Assembly: GCA_023920165.1 (NCBI GenBank)
Contig: CP089277.1
Span: forward strand, 3,534,001 to 3,598,000
Reading direction: 5' to 3'
Length of the DNA: 64,000 nt
DNA from: Curvularia clavata
Taxonomy: Eukaryota
Shown here: positions 51,072-62,200 of the stretch, piece by piece
Layout of the letters: each line of letters begins with the position of its first letter
How positions within the stretch are numbered: the first letter of the stretch is position 1
Made by a program: the position numbers and the translations under genes
The notes under the pieces: generated by a model
What the model was told of the DNA's origin: nothing
The model's input: the letters and a program-made list of their open reading frames with translations, nothing else
Databases searched by the model: none

Positions 51072-53471
51072 ATGGCAGAGCTTGACGATCAAACCGAGTC
51101 GCTGGTACAACAGCTCTACGACGCGTGGAGTACACATGCAGACCCAACGTCTTACCTCCACCTTCGCGACCAACTCTTAAGCCGACGTGAGCGAGTTGAC
51201 ACATGCATAGCGACCTTGAAGACTGTCATTACGATTGCGTGCCCCCAGATCAATGAGACGGAACGCTACTTCGATCCAAAATGGGAAGAGTTGTTCGCCC
51301 TGGCGGAGTCCATTGAATCGAGCGCTGAGCAAGAGGACGGTAACGCCGGAAAAAGAAAACGCTCATACAATGAAGTTCACCGTTTACGGAATCTGGCCAT
51401 AGTCTCGGCGCTATGGTCACCTAGCGTGGTCCGTCACTATGGGTGGAACACTGCTGCCCAAGGATGTCTGCGGCTCTTAAAGACATGCGCTTTACGATTC
51501 CCGGACTTCGGCAAGCAATTTTGCCCCTACATCAACCGCGTTCTCCTTGACAGGCATTGCGAGGCTATTACATCTGGTCATTTAAAGACGCTCAACGAAG
51601 CCCCGCTCCAATGCTACAGGGACTTGAACATCGTGATTGGAAGTAACGTCATCCCCGACCTGGAAACAGAGGAGTTGTGGGTAACTAGCGCCAATGGAGC
51701 GGTGCCTGTTGATTCAAATGGTCGTCTTCTTAAAGACGTGAGGCCATATCATTTCCAGCAATACCTCTTGCGTCGCGACCGCTACGGCATGCTCGTCGCT
51801 AGGGGTGAGTGCCAAGATCCTCCGATGATCACCAATCAGCAGTCCAACTTCTCACTCGCCCCTACGACGTTTGAAGAGTTCCTCGCACAGGAAGATGGTT
51901 TCCTTGCCACCGTCCCCGGATCAACGATCTCATCGGTCAACATGTTCACACCACCAGGGATGGATTCGTTTCTGGATGCCCTTACGTTTAATTACCAGCC
52001 CGAACCTCTATCCTATGGTTTAAATGATGCTTCAACCATGACCTTCCCTAGCGATCATGCTGTTGATCTGGCATTGACTCCGAATGATACACCCGCCTCA
52101 GACAATACCTCTAGCTCTGACGTCGCTGAGCTCTATCATGCAGAGAGTAATCAAACTTCTGGCATGAGCAGTGGGACTAGTACTAAAAGCAGAAAGAGGT
52201 CACAGGGAGACGATGCTGCCAGCCTCTCTAGAAACATGAAAGCGGTGCGGCTTCCAGCTAGTCCTGCAAACTCACGTGCCCTAGTTGGTGCACCCGCCAG
52301 CCCATCGAAGGGGAAGTCGACAATGGAGGATGAGTTACGCGATAAATACAACAAGATGTTGTCCAAATATATACAACGACTCAGTGCAGAAGCTATGTCA
52401 GGTCACCATGAGCGACGAGTGCGGGCACAGTGGCTCGCCTCTGACACCAAATGGGCTAGAATTTGGCAACTTTCTGGATCCAAGGGACTACTACCCGGTA
52501 CTGCTCCTTCCAAAGCCGATTGTGATGTTTTGTATTGTTCTGCAGATGACATGCTCGAAGCAGCACGATCAGGCGAAGTTTTTCAGAAGCCTGTGGTCAT
52601 CAAGGAATCGTTCTCTGATGCGGATATGCACAACTACGAACGCTTCTTGTCGCTGCTCGAGGATGCTTCGAGTTCTGACGAACAGGTGGAAGTTCGATGC
52701 CTTGACGTAAAACACTCAATGCATGAAAGCCTTGGGAAATTCACAGCCTACCTCCGCTCGCACCGCGAACTTTTGGATGGACTATGGATGTCGACTGCTC
52801 GCAGTGTCGCCAAATGTCATCGCCCGCTCTTTACCATGTTAAACCGGTTTCGGCTTTTGGAGAGTCTATCTGAAGGTCTTAACAACCATTCCTCGAATTC
52901 GGCGCCCTCGCCGTTGCTGAAGGCTATGTCTGTCAGCTTCAACACTATCTCTTTTCCTGGTGCCTTCTCCGGTGCAAGTCTCAGTACGCCAGCAGGGAGC
53001 TGGCAACGTAACCTGTCTGGTGTGAAGCTCTGGGTATTTGTGCCGGAGGCTGAAGTGCCTCTAGATGAGCTTACTAGCTTAACTAATGAAGAGAATGTCT
53101 GGCTACCGCGAGGGAAACAGCGCCTGGTTGTTTTAGAAGAAAATGATGTCCTGTTCGTTCCTCCTGGGCTTCAACTCGTGCAGGCTTGGCATACGCCGAC
53201 AATTTGCTTGACTGAGCAAGCGATGCTGTGGGATGATCTCAGTATCTTACCGATCGTGGAAAGCATACATTGGTGTCGCAAGAAACAAGTCATGCAAGAT
53301 GATCGTGTTGCACAACAGCTTTTTCGCATAATAAACAGCCTTGACTGCCTGCTCAGGGAGCAGCCTGATCGATTCAGGGGTAATATGGGTCGGGACGAAT
53401 TCATAGGTCGTTTTCGTGAAGCTAGCCAGTCATTACTTGCTTCCTGTTCAAATTTGGGTAGAAAACAATAG
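51072..53471 (+). CDS. ~800 aa protein of unknown function with a C-terminal JmjC/cupin-like domain lacking iron ligands; probably nuclear
   Basis: Intronless ORF. KPVVIKE, WQRNLSGVKLWVFVP and VVLEENDVLFVPPG..VQAWHTP follow the JmjC scaffold. Basic NLS-like GKRKRS and KSRKRS; acidic/Ser-rich central region. Confidence 0.65.
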   Translation: MAELDDQTESLVQQLYDAWSTHADPTSYLHLRDQLLSRRERVDTCIATLKTVITIACPQINETERYFDPKWEELFALAESIESSAEQEDGNAGKRKRSYNEVHRLRNLAIVSALWSPSVVRHYGWNTAAQGCLRLLKTCALRFPDFGKQFCPYINRVLLDRHCEAITSGHLKTLNEAPLQCYRDLNIVIGSNVIPDLETEELWVTSANGAVPVDSNGRLLKDVRPYHFQQYLLRRDRYGMLVARGECQDPPMITNQQSNFSLAPTTFEEFLAQEDGFLATVPGSTISSVNMFTPPGMDSFLDALTFNYQPEPLSYGLNDASTMTFPSDHAVDLALTPNDTPASDNTSSSDVAELYHAESNQTSGMSSGTSTKSRKRSQGDDAASLSRNMKAVRLPASPANSRALVGAPASPSKGKSTMEDELRDKYNKMLSKYIQRLSAEAMSGHHERRVRAQWLASDTKWARIWQLSGSKGLLPGTAPSKADCDVLYCSADDMLEAARSGEVFQKPVVIKESFSDADMHNYERFLSLLEDASSSDEQVEVRCLDVKHSMHESLGKFTAYLRSHRELLDGLWMSTARSVAKCHRPLFTMLNRFRLLESLSEGLNNHSSNSAPSPLLKAMSVSFNTISFPGAFSGASLSTPAGSWQRNLSGVKLWVFVPEAEVPLDELTSLTNEENVWLPRGKQRLVVLEENDVLFVPPGLQLVQAWHTPTICLTEQAMLWDDLSILPIVESIHWCRKKQVMQDDRVAQQLFRIINSLDCLLREQPDRFRGNMGRDEFIGRFREASQSLLASCSNLGRKQ

Positions 53472-54353
53472 AAGGCCTTTGAGGCGGTCATAGACATGTT
53501 CAAGGTACATAGATAGCTCAGGAGATGGTGGGAAATAGGCAGCATACGAGATTTCTTGCTTACAATAGGCCTCATAGAGATCTCTCTGGTTTATGTACTG
53601 CCAGAATATAAATTTTCTTCCAAACCGTGCCACAAGGTTGCAGTGTTACACTACATGGTGTATGTATGTGCTGGCCTCTCACCCGAAATCAACCTCAACA
53701 CCGAGCAGCCCCCTTGACAAGGAATCGAAATTTGGCCTCGTACCGCATGTTTTCTGCAGCATAGGCCATGGTCACCACCTCGGTTGTTTTCGATGTTGCT
53801 TGTTTGGCCGTTTGGTTGACAAATCAACTTGCCCTCTGCTGGCCTTAGCGAGACGCTTCTTACATCCTTTAGTACACCGCATATTAGCGTGGGGAAGTGA
53901 TCTGCTTGCTGATAGACTAGGGTCATACATACTCTGACCTCGAGGCTGCGGGCCGATGACGCCTCTCATCTTGTCGAGCGTCAACGGGTACACCCGGTCT
54001 GACGTGAGCAGAACCTTCACAAGCCACACATTATCGTCACGTCTTTTGTCCACTGAGTATTGTATGCAATCAGTTGCATATCTACGAGACCAACAATGCT
54101 AATTAGATGGTATGTATTATCAGTCACGGTGCCTTAGTCTTGCCAACACAGACCAGTCCAATCTCCACTCATCAAACCCCTGTGCAATCTGGTGGCGTTG
54201 GATATTAGCCAGCCATCCCTATTTGCTTGAGAATGTTGTTTGTTCCTGGTAAATGTCAGCATTGTTTGTCAGTGAATTGAAGCCAAGCCGTTTTTCAATG
54301 AGATCATGTAGAACAGCACTCGTCTGGGAAGAACGTGCGCAGCGCGGTGTTAA

Positions 54354-54370
54354 TGCTAACCCCGTTAGCA
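54354..54370. promoter_or_regulatory. Perfect palindrome TGCTAAC-ccc-GTTAGCA ~210 bp upstream of the MFS gene; candidate TF site
   Basis: Inverted repeat read directly; the half-site GCTRAS recurs upstream of the other cluster genes. Function is inferred. Confidence 0.4.
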
Positions 54371-54577
54371 CACTGTTCGGGCTAAGGTGCTCTCCGAGCG
54401 GAGACTTTCGACTGAATGCGTGAGATAGACCTCAGTCGAGACTAAACTACATGAGGTTAGCGTCTCTTTACTTCTTGTCTATTATTTACTCTACACCTTC
54501 CCACCTCTTTCCATCCTGCTGCCAACTGCTTTTTCACTCATTCCTTACGATATTGTCCTGTCGTTGTCACCGAAAAC

Positions 54578-56275
54578 ATGTCCAAGTTCATCCGCGACAC
54601 GAGTTTCGCACAACTCGTCCGCGTGATTACACAGAAGCGAGTTCTGCAATACCCAGAAGAGCAACCCGACTTCCAGCTGCCAGAATCATACGTTAAAGTC
54701 CTCGAAGCAGCTGAGCTACGCTCAAAGGACGGGTCTTTGTCTGCCAGCTCGCAAAATGGCAACGAAAACGTTGCAATTTCCGACTCTGCCCTACCAGATG
54801 AAGAGGCTCCTGCGCAACCCAACGAAAAAGCAGAGAATGAAAATCCATTCGAGCCCAGATTGTTAGATGATGGCACCATAATTGTCAATTGGTACAGCTC
54901 TGATGATCCGGCAAACCCACAAAATTGGACGACTACCCAGAAATTGCTGCCAACGGTGGTTGTGAACCTCTACACTTTTGCTGTCTACCTTGGCTCCTCA
55001 ATCTTCACTGGAAGCTACCTCGACGTGATGAGCAAGTTCAATATTTCTCAGCAAGTCGTTTCTCTCAGTCTCTCGATGTATGTTCTGGCTTACGGTGTGG
55101 GTCCTCTGCTCTGGTCACCTCTGTCTGAAATTGCGTCTCTTGGTCGAGGCCCGCTGTACATCGTTACCTTTGCGATATTCGTCATTCTTCTCGTTCCCAC
55201 AGCGCTGGTCGACAACGTTCCTGGGTTAATTGTCCTCCGATTTCTCATTGGATTCTTTGGAAGCCCTTGTCTCGCTACTGGTCCAGCGACTTTGGGTGAT
55301 ATGTTTGCCTTCGATAAGCTTCCATACGCATTAGCAACTTGGGCTCTCGTCGCCACCAGCGGTCCCTGCGTTGGTCCTTTGCTTTCTGGATACAGTGTGC
55401 CAGCTACGAATTGGCGATGGTCTACTTGGGAGTTACTTTGGCTGAGTGGTCCACTCTTCATAGCCTTCTTTTTCCTCGTTCCCGAAACATCATCTTCTAA
55501 TATCCTACTTCGACGCGCTCAGCGATTGCGTGCTCACACAGGCAATACCTGCTTCAAGAGCCAGGGCGAAATTGATCAGCACAAGCTCCACCCTCGAGAG
55601 GTTGTCGCTGAAGCTCTTTGGCGTCCAATACAAACTATGATCCTCGATCCCTCTATTGGATTCACAGCACTTTACGTTGCTTTGATTTATGGGATCTACT
55701 ACTCATTCTTCGAGTGTTTCCCTCTCGTCTATGGACAGGGATATGGATTTTCACTTGGAGCACAGGGTCTCATCTATCTCGCCATCTTCGTTGGAATCAG
55801 TGCCGGTCTAGGAATGTACCTGACCTGGATTCGCATCACCTGGGAGCCCGCCGTACGTGCTGGAAACATCGGAGCCCCGGAACGTCGCCTCATCCCTGGG
55901 CTCTTCGCATCATTCATGCTTCCTATAGGACTCTTTCTCTTTGCATGGACAGCAACTCCTGACATTCACTACATCGTTCCCACCATCGGAATCGCGATCT
56001 TGAGTGGCGGCATCTTCTTAATTATGCAGTCTATCTTTCTATACCTTCCTCTCAGTTATCCGAAGTACGCGGCATCTGTATTCGCTGGAAATACCGTTGC
56101 TCGATCAGTACTTGCTGCCGCCATCGTCCATGCTTCTCAACCCCTATATCACAATCTCGGGGTAGACAGAGGCGTCACACTGCTAGGAGGATTGACAGTT
56201 GGTTGCATCGCTGGTATCTTCGCCCTTTACTATTACGGTCCTGCATTGCGGGCAAGATCCAAGTTTGCTCCTTGA
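54578..56275 (+). CDS. MFS multidrug exporter, DHA1 family (Flr1/Caf5-like)
   Basis: VNWYSSDDPANPQNW, YGVGPLLWSPLSE..GR, LRFLIGFFGSP, PET motif, PERRL; about 12 hydrophobic segments. Confidence 0.94.
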   Translation: MSKFIRDTSFAQLVRVITQKRVLQYPEEQPDFQLPESYVKVLEAAELRSKDGSLSASSQNGNENVAISDSALPDEEAPAQPNEKAENENPFEPRLLDDGTIIVNWYSSDDPANPQNWTTTQKLLPTVVVNLYTFAVYLGSSIFTGSYLDVMSKFNISQQVVSLSLSMYVLAYGVGPLLWSPLSEIASLGRGPLYIVTFAIFVILLVPTALVDNVPGLIVLRFLIGFFGSPCLATGPATLGDMFAFDKLPYALATWALVATSGPCVGPLLSGYSVPATNWRWSTWELLWLSGPLFIAFFFLVPETSSSNILLRRAQRLRAHTGNTCFKSQGEIDQHKLHPREVVAEALWRPIQTMILDPSIGFTALYVALIYGIYYSFFECFPLVYGQGYGFSLGAQGLIYLAIFVGISAGLGMYLTWIRITWEPAVRAGNIGAPERRLIPGLFASFMLPIGLFLFAWTATPDIHYIVPTIGIAILSGGIFLIMQSIFLYLPLSYPKYAASVFAGNTVARSVLAAAIVHASQPLYHNLGVDRGVTLLGGLTVGCIAGIFALYYYGPALRARSKFAP

Positions 56276-59200
56276 ACAACACCAGATCATCACTCAATCA
56301 CTAAGCCAGGGCAGTCTACGTCATAGTTTGACTGGCTTCTTGTATCAAGGGATCTTCACTCGTTCGGTAACGAGCCATTGATTCAATCTCCGCTTACTCG
56401 TTTGCTGGACGCAAAGGACGTAGAAAAGAAGTTTAGATAGAAGTTATAATTCAAAGTGAAAATCTATTTGATTTGACTCTTTACATCGAGCGAGCCAATG
56501 AAGAGTTCATGTGCATATGTATTCCCGCAGGGTCAACGACACATTACATTGACTCTCGAGGTCATTTCAATGCACAGTGAATGTAAAGTCACGTGAATCG
56601 GTCTGGTGCGAGAATCAATGAATACCAAGATGTTGGAAACCTTGTTGCTTAGTTAGCGTAAGGTCACATGATGAACATGAGACTCCTGTGTCGATGGGGA
56701 TCAATGCGTCCCCCCTTCGATCCAAGAACAGAGAATTTACTATGAATAGTAAGCGGGCATCAGGTATCGGGCCATAGTCAGCAAGCATAGCACAGCAGAA
56801 GCGACCCCCTCGTTGGCGCTGCTTGCGGGGCGGGCCTCAGTATTACTTTATGCTTTTCTAACCAGCGCACGGGCCCTCGTCGACAAACTGAAGTCTTTCT
56901 ACGATGGTGGCTCGTGCACGAATACGGCGGGCGATTATATCATGGAATAATCCAAAACCACAACTTGAGGGTTAATTTTCCACGAACACACGCTGTACAT
57001 CAACAGTAGGGAGATCGATCGGAAGTAAACATCTCGTTTTGAAAGAACATATCCTATGAATTTTGATTTGCGACGAGTGGTGGAGAGATACAGACCACTT
57101 GATAAGCGGCTTCAATAACCCTTTCATCACTCGGGAATACTAGTCTCACTGCAATCGATTGAAGGTGTATCGCTAAATTTTCAACAAGATTCTCCGGAGA
57201 TAAAAAGCTGGAGGGTCCAATGGGCTTGGTAGCTTAATGTAATAGTGTGTAGAGGTCTGTCGGAGTTAGGTATAGAAGGAAGAAAGGAGATCTGAGGGAT
57301 GGGCCAAAGAGGCAACTTGCGTGAGTGAATGCTGGCGATTCAAAATTTTCCGTAGGACGCCTGGATGTTAGAAGTATTTAGCAGGTTTGATGGACGATAT
57401 GCATAAATCGATACGGGAAATCGAGTGTAGATGATCTCAATGACCTGTGAATGGATCACACTTGGGAATCGCGAATTTTGTATTTTGAGATTATCCGACC
57501 GGACCGTTGCGTGTTAGTACACTCTTATAAATATCACACGAGTTAATCGAAGGGCAGGAGTGAGCATGGACTGTCAGCCCCGAAGTGTCCTGATTGTAGG
57601 ATACCCGAGGTGTGAGAAGGCATCTCACTCTTTGTGTTGAACGCTCGCATCGACATCGTGCGCTGTATATATTCCAATGGCATTGTTTTCTTTTTCCTTG
57701 ATAACCGCACGGATACATCAAGTAGATTGATCAAAATTATACCGATGAGAAATGACGTGAAGACCTGTGAGTCAGTCTGCCAGGATCTTCGCAATCCTAG
57801 TACGCCACATCATGTCGCAAGAGAAGATCACAGCCCTTTCGTTGGTCAGGTTTCAAGAAATCATTTTATCCATGTTGGACCCAGTGCAGGCGACTTTGAG
57901 TTGTGAATTTATGCCAGATCGCGTCTTCGGTTACAACTTCACTGAGGGCTGCACCAGCAACCTTTTTGTGGGAGGGTGAGAACTGGCCAAAAGAAAGCGA
58001 ACAATGAATCAAAAAGGGTGATTCTGCGGCATTGAAGCTTATTGACGACGTTAATGGGGGGAGAAGAGTGGTGCTAGTTGTAGATAAGGCAATTGATCTC
58101 AAGTGGCAACCAATGCATCACTTTCTGCCGAGACAGGGTTTCCATGCTGATTAACTGTGGCATAAACATGGAGCAAGACCTGGGGATTATTAAGAGGGTA
58201 TCTCACCTAACCAAGAACCTTCAATCGCCAGCCAATCCCGAAGATCTGACATTGCGACCACTATCACACTTACTAAGCGGGACCGAAGCCTTAGCTTCTT
58301 GCTCGTCAATTAGGTAGTGTAAACAATTTTAAAGATACAATTCGTTGGTTCCTTCTCATCAGAGCGCTATCCCTACGTCTAGAATTGAAAAGGGGAAATG
58401 GTAAATTAGAGGCAGGAAGCCTGATTGAAGTAAGGAACAAACAGGCATGTGGTTGTAGCAGGCGTCAATTCTTGGATTATGGGCCGCTTTTAAGAGCAGG
58501 TTTTAGACAGTACTTTCCTAGACGGATTTATAAGATCTTTGAACTCGAACATCCGGCACAATTCGATATTGTTCGGTAATTGCAGTTCCTTCTCTTGTTC
58601 AAAGGATCCGAACCTATCGCCTCGACCCGTTACAAATAAAGAAACGCGGTCTCGATGGGATTCGTCTTCCTTTGAGTTTCAATAGATAGCACCAGCTAAA
58701 TGCTCTTCAGTATTCTAGACAGCTTTAAACAAGTCGTACATGATAGGTGGAATGTATTAACCCTGTGTTTTAGATATCCGTTGCACATAACAATAGCAGC
58801 GATGCCTTATTTACGATTGGCTAACTGTTCCATGGTGAGCATTGCGTTTCCTAGATTTGTCAGGAACTCCTTCCACGGCGTGCCTTTCCGCTCCGAAACT
58901 GATTCGGTCCTAGCAGCCTTCATAGCTGCTGTTATTGTTGAGATGCAACGCCCCAAGGCTTGTGTCTTCTATTGCGTTTTGAGGTTGTGGGGCCGCTGAT
59001 GAGCGCACAGCCTCGCGGCTGACGTCCCGGTCCGGCCCCACTATCCAGCCGTCCACCCGAACACTAGAATATTACTTTGACAATTTGAGGCTGTGAAACC
59101 TCGTAGAATAGCTGTTATCGTGGCACTTTGTGGTGTTTAAATCTATTAAAACCGATCGTACAGAGCTATAGAAATTGGAACGAAGTTTCTGTTGTGTAGC

Positions 59201-62200
59201 TGTGTCGTGATTGAACAGTAGGTGCGCCTGCAATAGCAAACTTAGGCTGTCCGACACCTAAAGGCTTCGCGACAGGTATTTTCTTAGAGCATGTTCTCAG
59301 AGGTCCTGGAGCCATGGCTCTTGTTTTTTTAAACGTTTCGATATCTTCTCGGAGTCGCTTTGTAGTCCTGTAAGAAACTACCCTGAAGACCTGCTCTGCC
59401 GTCTTCTTACTGTTTTCTTCTCTCTCCGCTGTCTTACTGCAGGTCTTGTCAAATTCTAGAATTCCTTAGTCTGAGCCTCTCTCAGCATCAGCTCTTCACA
59501 TTGCGTGGGCCTTTTCTAAAACTCTGGATGTCATATCTACTTCGATTTGAGCTTTTAAAGCTATTACCATCCGCCGTACTTCTGCACGATACTCTAGGAT
59601 GCCAAACGTTAATCCATTATTTAGACTATGAGGGATTTTAACATGAAGAATACACTTACACATTTTAGCGTGTATCTACCTTACTACGAAAACTCAAAGT
59701 TTGAGGGATAGCCAAGCCCTTAACAGCTACGAACAGCTACCTACCTCTTTCGCCCCCTGAAGAAACCGGGATACAACTCTGCCTTAGCACCTCTCACTAC
59801 CTTACACCGAACAAATCAGCTTCTCCTATTCATGAATTTGAAGACTTGTTTCTCTCCAAAGATACTGGAATATTACCCTGCCATTTAGTTAAAAAAAATG
59901 GTCAAACCAAGAAACGCTGACAGGCTATAGCGCGTGAAATGAGCAGGGAGGATACTGCTCTGACCCTGAGTATGGCTCCAAAATGAGTCACTGATAAAAA
60001 GGAAAGTTTCCTTATTAGTGAAAATATCAAAATCCTGTTTGCGCTCGGAGAGACCGAAATGTTGTATCCAACTAGATGGCGATGATAAGATATACAACTG
60101 ATAGTTTCCACGATTGGTATCTGCTATCGAGGTTTTTCGTGTCGAACTGGAGCTGACTCATAGATAAGTGCAGCATCGAACTAGAATGCATCAGCACATA
60201 TTCTATAAAGGGTTAGGCTTCGTTCTACAGATTGGGTAAGCCGAAGCTTCAATTGTTTCTGGGATTTCGGGGGTATTGCATCTGCATATCACACCACTTT
60301 CACCAGTACTTCCCATAATTACGAATAATGGAGCTCATATGTGCAGGGCCTGCATTGCCCCGTTCAAGATTGCCGTTAGAGTATGTCACACCATAATCTC
60401 GTATAGTGCATCACCAATACCACCTTTGCTTTCGTATTATACGCCGTGCGATCCGTGTTGTCTCACAAATCCTTTCGCTTTTGCGCCCTACAGTTGACCC
60501 ACGTGGGCCAAAGGGCGTTTTGCCACGGGCGCTTTGTGCATGATCCGAAAGCTTGTCTTCAGTGCCAGTATATTGCGCCCATCCCCGGTCTAGTTGCTGC
60601 CGCCCCTTGTATTCTATACTGATAGTGCATAATCACGGACAGGGATCGTTAACTAGGAAATTGGTGTTTTCCTAAGACGTACCTGGCAAGCATTTCGTAA
60701 ATTTCAAACGTCTTTGACGGACGTGTGTACACCATAGCGAATGTAACTAAATTCATTGATCGAGTATTTTCATAGCTATTACTGTCTGCTACTTTTAGGT
60801 ATATTAATGCCAATGCTTATCTTGGTAGTTTGAATCCAATATTTTCATTACAGTGTTATTCAATAACAAGCTACAATTCTCACGAGAATGCGTACTTTAT
60901 ATGGCATGATTTATATCTAAGTAGTTGTGAAGCCTTAGACTTTGTCTAACTTTTCATTAGCTAGCGGAAGGGTAGATGGTACGCCGAGACCAATAAGTGA
61001 ATAGTCTGGAGCTACAATAATCCTTAAGCAATACAAAAATCTTTGGCTCCTTACAGTTTCCTGGAAAGGTATATCCCATAACAGTAGCTGATATAGAACG
61101 ATACTAAACCTTCTTTTTTTTTTCTCTTCTTCTCAAAATAAGAGATCTCTATCGGCTGAGGTCGAGCTTTAAGTGAAATCAGGCTTTTTGACTAAGTTCG
61201 CGAAGTCGTGACTTCAGAATCTTTATTGCAGCCTTGAAGAATTAATTTCGTGACAGATTTTTGTCCAAAATCAAACTTCCCTGATGCCTGCAAATATCGC
61301 GATAGTTTCCATAAATATTTCTTTAGGACTCGTGCAGAAGTTGATGCTGCCGTAGCTTGCTGGTCAGCTAGCACTGTTATTCAATGAGGCCTTCATGTTG
61401 TTATCTCAATGCGGTTGTTCGAGAATACTATTCCAAAGTACTCTGTTGGCTTCAAGTGGAATCTAACAAAGTCGCCATATGGTGGCTTATTTAGTATGCG
61501 GGCGTTGTGAAGACGTTGCACAATTGGAAAATCTTCAAAGGGATGTATTGGAACTGAGACACCCCTTTTCCGCATCAGATAATTCTGTTCTTTAATCATC
61601 GATATGCTTTAGCCTTGCCCATGGACCAACGATTGGCTGTTAACCTTCGTGATACCGGAGATTTAGGACGAGAGTACAACGATAATTCATTGTGGTGGAT
61701 TGAATGAACTCTCTCCTTAGAGATGGGGTTATGGTTTCTGTTAGGTGATAAGCTAACAGCAAGATACTGGGAATGCCGCTCCACTTATATTCACTCTCCC
61801 TAGCATGAGCTCAATGGAAGCAATATTCATCAATTTCATCTCCAATAATACTTATCTACTCTCTCTCCAGTGTGCTTTTGAATTTACAACTTGTAAGGAT
61901 GTGATGTTCAGAAACCGAGCTATTTCTTAGCAATGCTAGCATAGAATAAACTTATGTAAGATACACTCCTTCATCTACAATTGCGAACAGGATAAACAGC
62001 AAAAATCAAAAGATATTCACGAAGAAAATTTCAATTTAAGCTACCGACATTGTTCTCTGGATACACAAATGACTGTGCTTCTTTACAGTAGAAATGAGAT
62101 AATTTTCTACTACCTTCTCAAGGTATTAGACCTTTGTTGCTACGTAGAAGTTCTTCATTTTTATATTTCTATGCCACCGATTTGAAATCACTCCCGTATT

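Noticed and set aside
37476..56275. Identity with the depudecin, asperlin or fusaric acid clusters
   Set aside because: Gene complements as I recall them differ (additional oxygenases, hydrolases, amino-acid enzymes or Zn-cluster regulators); needs a MIBiG search to exclude formally.
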